A stretch of DNA of 64,000 nt from Rubripirellula sp. (GTDB lineage: Bacteria; Planctomycetota; Planctomycetia; Pirellulales; Pirellulaceae). The notes under the pieces are model-generated. The model had not been told where the DNA came from, searched no databases, and saw only the letters and a program-made list of their open reading frames with translations. The position numbers were made by a program, and so were the translations under genes. The stretch covers positions 116 through 64,115 of the forward strand of contig JBMHCO010000058.1 in assembly GCA_049889895.1 (NCBI GenBank), read 5' to 3'. Positions 59,832 to 64,000 of the stretch are shown in pieces (position 1 is the first letter of the stretch; every line of letters starts with the position of its first letter).

Positions 59832-61034
59832 ATGTCGGACAGCCCCAAACAAGACGAGTCGGATCGATCTAATGGCGGAAATTCCCCTTGGACTCCCAGC
59901 CATGACGATTCAAAGGAAAACCCGATATCGGCTCAGTATGATTCACTCAGTGATGCTCCGGTCACGGCAGAACTCGTTACAAGTTCAACAAATACTGAAG
60001 CAGATGGCGAGTCTTCCGAAGCGATCATGGAAGCCTCCGATACTGACACATGGAGCGATCAGAGTTCAGGACCGATCGCTCCGCGACACGTAAGCGATTC
60101 CACCGATCGATGGTGGTCGGCGGTGGCGATGGTCGTGATTTCGCTGGTCTCGTTTTTGATGATGAGTGTTTTGATGGCGGCTGTCGCAGTTGTCATTGTC
60201 TCGGAAAATGTTTCGCTCGAGATGCTTCAGACCCCAGAATTGATGGAACAAGCGCTCGCGGAAACGATGAAGTCGCGTCTCGGACTATTCATTTCGCTTG
60301 TAATTCCTCAGATCGCGCTCGTCGGCCCATGTCTTCTAGCTGCAATTCTTTCTCCGGTTCCATTCGCACAAAGACTCGGTCTCGTTCGCGGACGTTGGCC
60401 GATCTGGAGCTGGCTGGCCGTTGGAGCGGTATCGCCACTTGTGGGAATCATCTCGGGCCTATTTCTGAGCCTGTTTGTCGAAGAAAGCGAAAGTCTCAGA
60501 AATATGAACGAGATTTTTCGAGATCATGGGACCAATGGTTTCTTCCTTCCACTCGCGTTCATGATCGGTGTAACACCAGCCCTGTGTGAGGAACTACTTT
60601 TTCGTGGCTACATTCAGCAACGATTAACCCGTTCGTTTCGCCCATTGTGGGGGATCGTGATTTCTTCGTTCCTGTTTGCCGCTTTCCACATGGACTGGGT
60701 TCATGTGCTTGCAGTCTTCCCGCTCGGTCTGTTTCTCGGCTGGGCTACTTGGCGAAGCGGATCACTCTTGCCAGCAATGGTTGGTCACTTTGTGAACAAC
60801 TTTGTAAGCGTGATTGGAATCGTGGTCGCACCGAGTGAAAATCAGGACACACTTGGGTTACCTGCCGCGGCACTCAGCTTGAGTGTTTTTGGTTTTGGTC
60901 TACTTGGAGTTGCGGCGATTGTATGGGTCGCCCGGCGGTACAAAGACTCTGAGGCAGCGGTGCAGTGTCAGACGGTGTCTGGTCAGACACCTGTGAGTCC
61001 GAGCCTAGATCAAAACGATCTTCATATGAATTAA
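59832..61034 (+). CDS. CPBP family intramembrane glutamic endopeptidase
   Basis: EELLFRGY; FAAFH; GHFVNN; disordered acidic N-terminus. Confidence 0.93.
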   Translation: MSDSPKQDESDRSNGGNSPWTPSHDDSKENPISAQYDSLSDAPVTAELVTSSTNTEADGESSEAIMEASDTDTWSDQSSGPIAPRHVSDSTDRWWSAVAMVVISLVSFLMMSVLMAAVAVVIVSENVSLEMLQTPELMEQALAETMKSRLGLFISLVIPQIALVGPCLLAAILSPVPFAQRLGLVRGRWPIWSWLAVGAVSPLVGIISGLFLSLFVEESESLRNMNEIFRDHGTNGFFLPLAFMIGVTPALCEELLFRGYIQQRLTRSFRPLWGIVISSFLFAAFHMDWVHVLAVFPLGLFLGWATWRSGSLLPAMVGHFVNNFVSVIGIVVAPSENQDTLGLPAAALSLSVFGFGLLGVAAIVWVARRYKDSEAAVQCQTVSGQTPVSPSLDQNDLHMN

Positions 61035-61048
61035 TCAGGTCGAGGTAA

Positions 61049-64000
61049 ATGTTTGGACTACGACTCGGCTTTGAACAACCGATCTATCTGCTGCTGTTGG
61101 CGATTTTGCCACTGATCTGGTGGATGGGTGCGGGTCCACTTCGAGTCCTTGGTTCTGTACGTCGTTGGCTAGCCATGAGCCTGCGCACCATTCTTTGGCT
61201 GATTGTTGTTTTAGCTTTGGCGGGCGTGCAATGGGTATGGACCAGTGATCGGCTGACGGTGATGTACATCCTCGATCAGTCCGAAAGCATCCCCGTAAGC
61301 AAACGACAATTGATGCTTGATTACGTCATCGATTCGGTACGTGAACATCGAAATCGTGAACGAGAAGATCGCGCCGGGATCATCGTCTTTGGAAGACAAG
61401 CAGCAATTGAAATCCCCCCCTTTGATGACGACATCCCTGAGATCGGAAAACTCGAAAGTCTCCAAACTCCCATCGATGCCACCAATCTTGAGTCCGCGCT
61501 CAATCTCGCTCAAGCCTCCATGCCGGAAGACACAGCCCGAAGAATCGTTATTATCACCGATGGTAATGAAAACATGGGCCAAGCATCTGCAGTCGCAACA
61601 CGCTTAACCCAGTCGGGAATTGGTATCGACATCGTGCCGATCGTGCTCGACACCCCGAGTGAGGTGGTGGTTGAAAAGATCGATCTCCCCAGTGATCTTC
61701 GCAAGGGTCAACCGTTTGAAGCGAGAGTCGTCCTCAGCCAGTACAGTGATCGTGAAAATCCCCAACCAGTTTCGGGAAAAATCCGAATCAAGCAGAGTGT
61801 CCGCGGTGAAGAATCATTGCTGATGGAAGAACCCTTGGTTCTCAACCCCGGCAAAAACGTGGTTCCGATCCAACACCAGATCGACCAACCGGCAGCCTAC
61901 GTTTACGAAGCCGAATTCATTCCGGATACCTCTCAAGACGACGCGATCCGCAAGAACAATTCTGCAACCGCCTACACCTACGTGAAGGGAAGTGGTCGCG
62001 TATTACTGATCGAGGAGGCTTCGAGAGTTGGTGACTACGACCTGCTGATCCAATCATTGCGGGACGCGAATATTGAAGTGGTTAATGAAACCAACGAAAG
62101 ACTCTTCGGCTCGCTAGCTGAACTACAGGCCTATGATGCAGTGATTCTTGCTGGAGTCCCTCGGGTATCGGGAGAAGAAAGCAGCAGCATCACCTCTTTT
62201 TCGGACGAGCAGATTGACATGCTCGTCAGCAACACGCAAAAACTCGGAGCAGGCTTGTTGATGATCGGTGGCCCCGAGGCCTTCGGTGCAGGGGGGTGGA
62301 CCGGTACCAAACTTGAAAAAGCGATGCCGGTAGATTTTCAAATCAAAAACTCCAAGGTCAAAGCGACCGGCGCGTTAGCTCTCATCATGCACGCGAGCGA
62401 AATGCCGCAAGGAAATTACTGGCAAAAGGTGATCGCCAAAGCGGCAATTGAACAACTTGGTTCAAGCGATTACGCGGGAGTCCTTCACTGGACAATGAGA
62501 GGTGATGCGTGGCTATGGGGTGGAACCGATGGCAATCTTGGAATGCTCGAGGTCGGCGGAAACCGACAGGCGATGCTCGCGAGAATCGGGAAGATGACCC
62601 CTGGCGACATGCCACAATTTGAACCGGCGATGAAAATGGCTGTCGCGGGTCTGGCTGGATGCCCCGCAGCGGTCAAGCATTGTGTGATTATTAGCGATGG
62701 CGACCCAAGTCCACCCAACGCATCGACGATCCAAGCTTTCATCGATAACAAGATCAGCATCAGTACCGTTGCGGTCGCTTCGCATGGCCTGACGGAAAGC
62801 AAGCGACTTAAAGATATCGCTGAAGCAACCGGTGGGAAGTACTACTCTGTTTCTGACGGCAGAGCCCTCCCACGAATCTTTCAAAGAGAAGCTCGACGCG
62901 TCTCGCGGCCACTGGTCTATGAACCAGATGGGGGCGCGGTACCGCAGATTATCTTTCCTCACGAATCGATGCAGGGGATCGAGAAAGTACTCCCGCCGAT
63001 CACCGGTTTTGTCTTGACACAAACCAAAGAGAGTCCGCTCGCGCAGGTCCTGATCCGAAGCCCAAAACCTGAATCTCCGGAAAATGCGACAATTGCAGCC
63101 ACATGGACTTACGGATTGGGTCGCACGGCGGTGATCACAACGGATGCGGGCGCCCGATGGGCGGCTAACTGGTCCAACTGGGATGGCTACCAGAAACTGT
63201 ACAGCCAGATCGTTCGGTGGCTCATGCGTCCCACCGGTGATACCGGGCAATTCAGCATTTCATCGACAACGCGAGATGGGGAGGTCGAGGTGGTCGTCAA
63301 CGCGCTTTCTGACGATGACGCCTATCTCAATTTCTTAGATGTTCAAGCGACGGTTATCGCCCCAGATTTAACCTCCGTTCCTCTGAGACTGCGTCAATCA
63401 GCACCTGGACGATACATCGGCTCATTTCCCACAACCCAAACTGGAAGTTACTTCGTCAACGTGATTCCTGGAATTGGCAATCCGCCCCTGAGCACTGGGG
63501 TCTCCGTTCCTTACAGTTCAGAATATCGAATCCGAAAATCGAATCTCGCGTTGATCGATGCCCTCGCCAGCCAAGCACCGCCTGGCGGGACAACAGGCAA
63601 AGTCTTTCCCGCCTTGGACGCATCCACAAACGCACGCGATCCCAACTCGAACCCCTTCCGGCCCGGTCTCGCCTCAGCTCGCAGGATGCAAGATGCATGG
63701 CCATGGTTTGTGTTGGTCGCCTCCTGTGTCTTGCTTGGAGATATTTTCGTTCGTCGTGTTGCCATTCGTTTCAACCTGCTAACCGCTCAAGTCAAGACAC
63801 CGCAAAAAGCCAGCGAAGCGGATCTTCAAAAACAAGAGAGACTGTCCACACTTGGAAAAACCAAGCAGCAACTTGCAAAGTCCATGCGGCAAAATAGTGA
63901 AGGACGATTCAAAGTCAACCAAATCGACGAAACAGCACAAACAGACAATGATGGAATTGAGGGAGAATTCAGGACGACCAATAGAAAGAAGGATCCTCAA
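61049..64000 (+). CDS. Membrane-anchored double-VWA + glutamine-amidotransferase-like protein (runs off the window; missing from the ORF track)
   Basis: GAGG RBS then ATG 61049: MFGLRLGFEQPIYLLLLAILP; VWA1 YILDQSES...TNLE...ITDGNEN; YDAVIL...GAGLLMIGGPEAFGAGGW; VWA2 LIMHASEM...ISDGDP; C-terminal TM WPWFVLVASCVLLGDIFVRR. Every segment I translated, including the last ~340 bp, is open in the same frame. Confidence 0.92.
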   Translation, partial: MFGLRLGFEQPIYLLLLAILPLIWWMGAGPLRVLGSVRRWLAMSLRTILWLIVVLALAGVQWVWTSDRLTVMYILDQSESIPVSKRQLMLDYVIDSVREHRNREREDRAGIIVFGRQAAIEIPPFDDDIPEIGKLESLQTPIDATNLESALNLAQASMPEDTARRIVIITDGNENMGQASAVATRLTQSGIGIDIVPIVLDTPSEVVVEKIDLPSDLRKGQPFEARVVLSQYSDRENPQPVSGKIRIKQSVRGEESLLMEEPLVLNPGKNVVPIQHQIDQPAAYVYEAEFIPDTSQDDAIRKNNSATAYTYVKGSGRVLLIEEASRVGDYDLLIQSLRDANIEVVNETNERLFGSLAELQAYDAVILAGVPRVSGEESSSITSFSDEQIDMLVSNTQKLGAGLLMIGGPEAFGAGGWTGTKLEKAMPVDFQIKNSKVKATGALALIMHASEMPQGNYWQKVIAKAAIEQLGSSDYAGVLHWTMRGDAWLWGGTDGNLGMLEVGGNRQAMLARIGKMTPGDMPQFEPAMKMAVAGLAGCPAAVKHCVIISDGDPSPPNASTIQAFIDNKISISTVAVASHGLTESKRLKDIAEATGGKYYSVSDGRALPRIFQREARRVSRPLVYEPDGGAVPQIIFPHESMQGIEKVLPPITGFVLTQTKESPLAQVLIRSPKPESPENATIAATWTYGLGRTAVITTDAGARWAANWSNWDGYQKLYSQIVRWLMRPTGDTGQFSISSTTRDGEVEVVVNALSDDDAYLNFLDVQATVIAPDLTSVPLRLRQSAPGRYIGSFPTTQTGSYFVNVIPGIGNPPLSTGVSVPYSSEYRIRKSNLALIDALASQAPPGGTTGKVFPALDASTNARDPNSNPFRPGLASARRMQDAWPWFVLVASCVLLGDIFVRRVAIRFNLLTAQVKTPQKASEADLQKQERLSTLGKTKQQLAKSMRQNSEGRFKVNQIDETAQTDNDGIEGEFRTTNRKKDPQ

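Noticed and set aside
1-64000. Mobile elements, prophage or defence islands
   Set aside because: No transposase, integrase, phage structural, restriction-modification or toxin-antitoxin motifs recognised, and no obvious compositional break by eye.

Overview
Chromosomal housekeeping and accessory DNA from a planctomycete, most likely Pirellulaceae (Rhodopirellula/Rubripirellula-like). Evidence for the taxon: a planctomycete N-terminal RRLxxExLExRxxLA-type motif with a dockerin, a DUF1549/DUF1553+DUF1501 pair, a PVC-type heme-binding protein, a Minf_1886/TIGR04138 protein and prenyltransferase-repeat proteins. About 45 credible CDSs are present. Housekeeping genes include sucCD, uxaA, yidC, cysH, aroB, thiS, thiG and argC. 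The ORF track misses one large gene, a double-VWA protein running from 61049 off the right edge, and truncates the TerC gene, which is open from base 1. I found no tRNA, rRNA, CRISPR array, transposase, integrase or phage gene. The most system-like element is a tightly coupled RDD-SpoIIM-membrane protein-DUF4129-DUF4350-MoxR operon that lacks its usual DUF58 partner. Other notable items are a PDZ-containing YidC, a non-RD Ser/Thr kinase with a periplasmic Cache-like sensor, an Nramp-like transporter with a coiled-coil insert, a secreted Gly/Pro/Met-rich protein, two non-cyclase (alpha/alpha)-barrel proteins, a cysH-Rrf2 promoter with an IscR-like half site, and several intergenic tandem repeats with GTTCA/TGAA palindromic cores. 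All family assignments come from motif recognition by eye, not from database searches.
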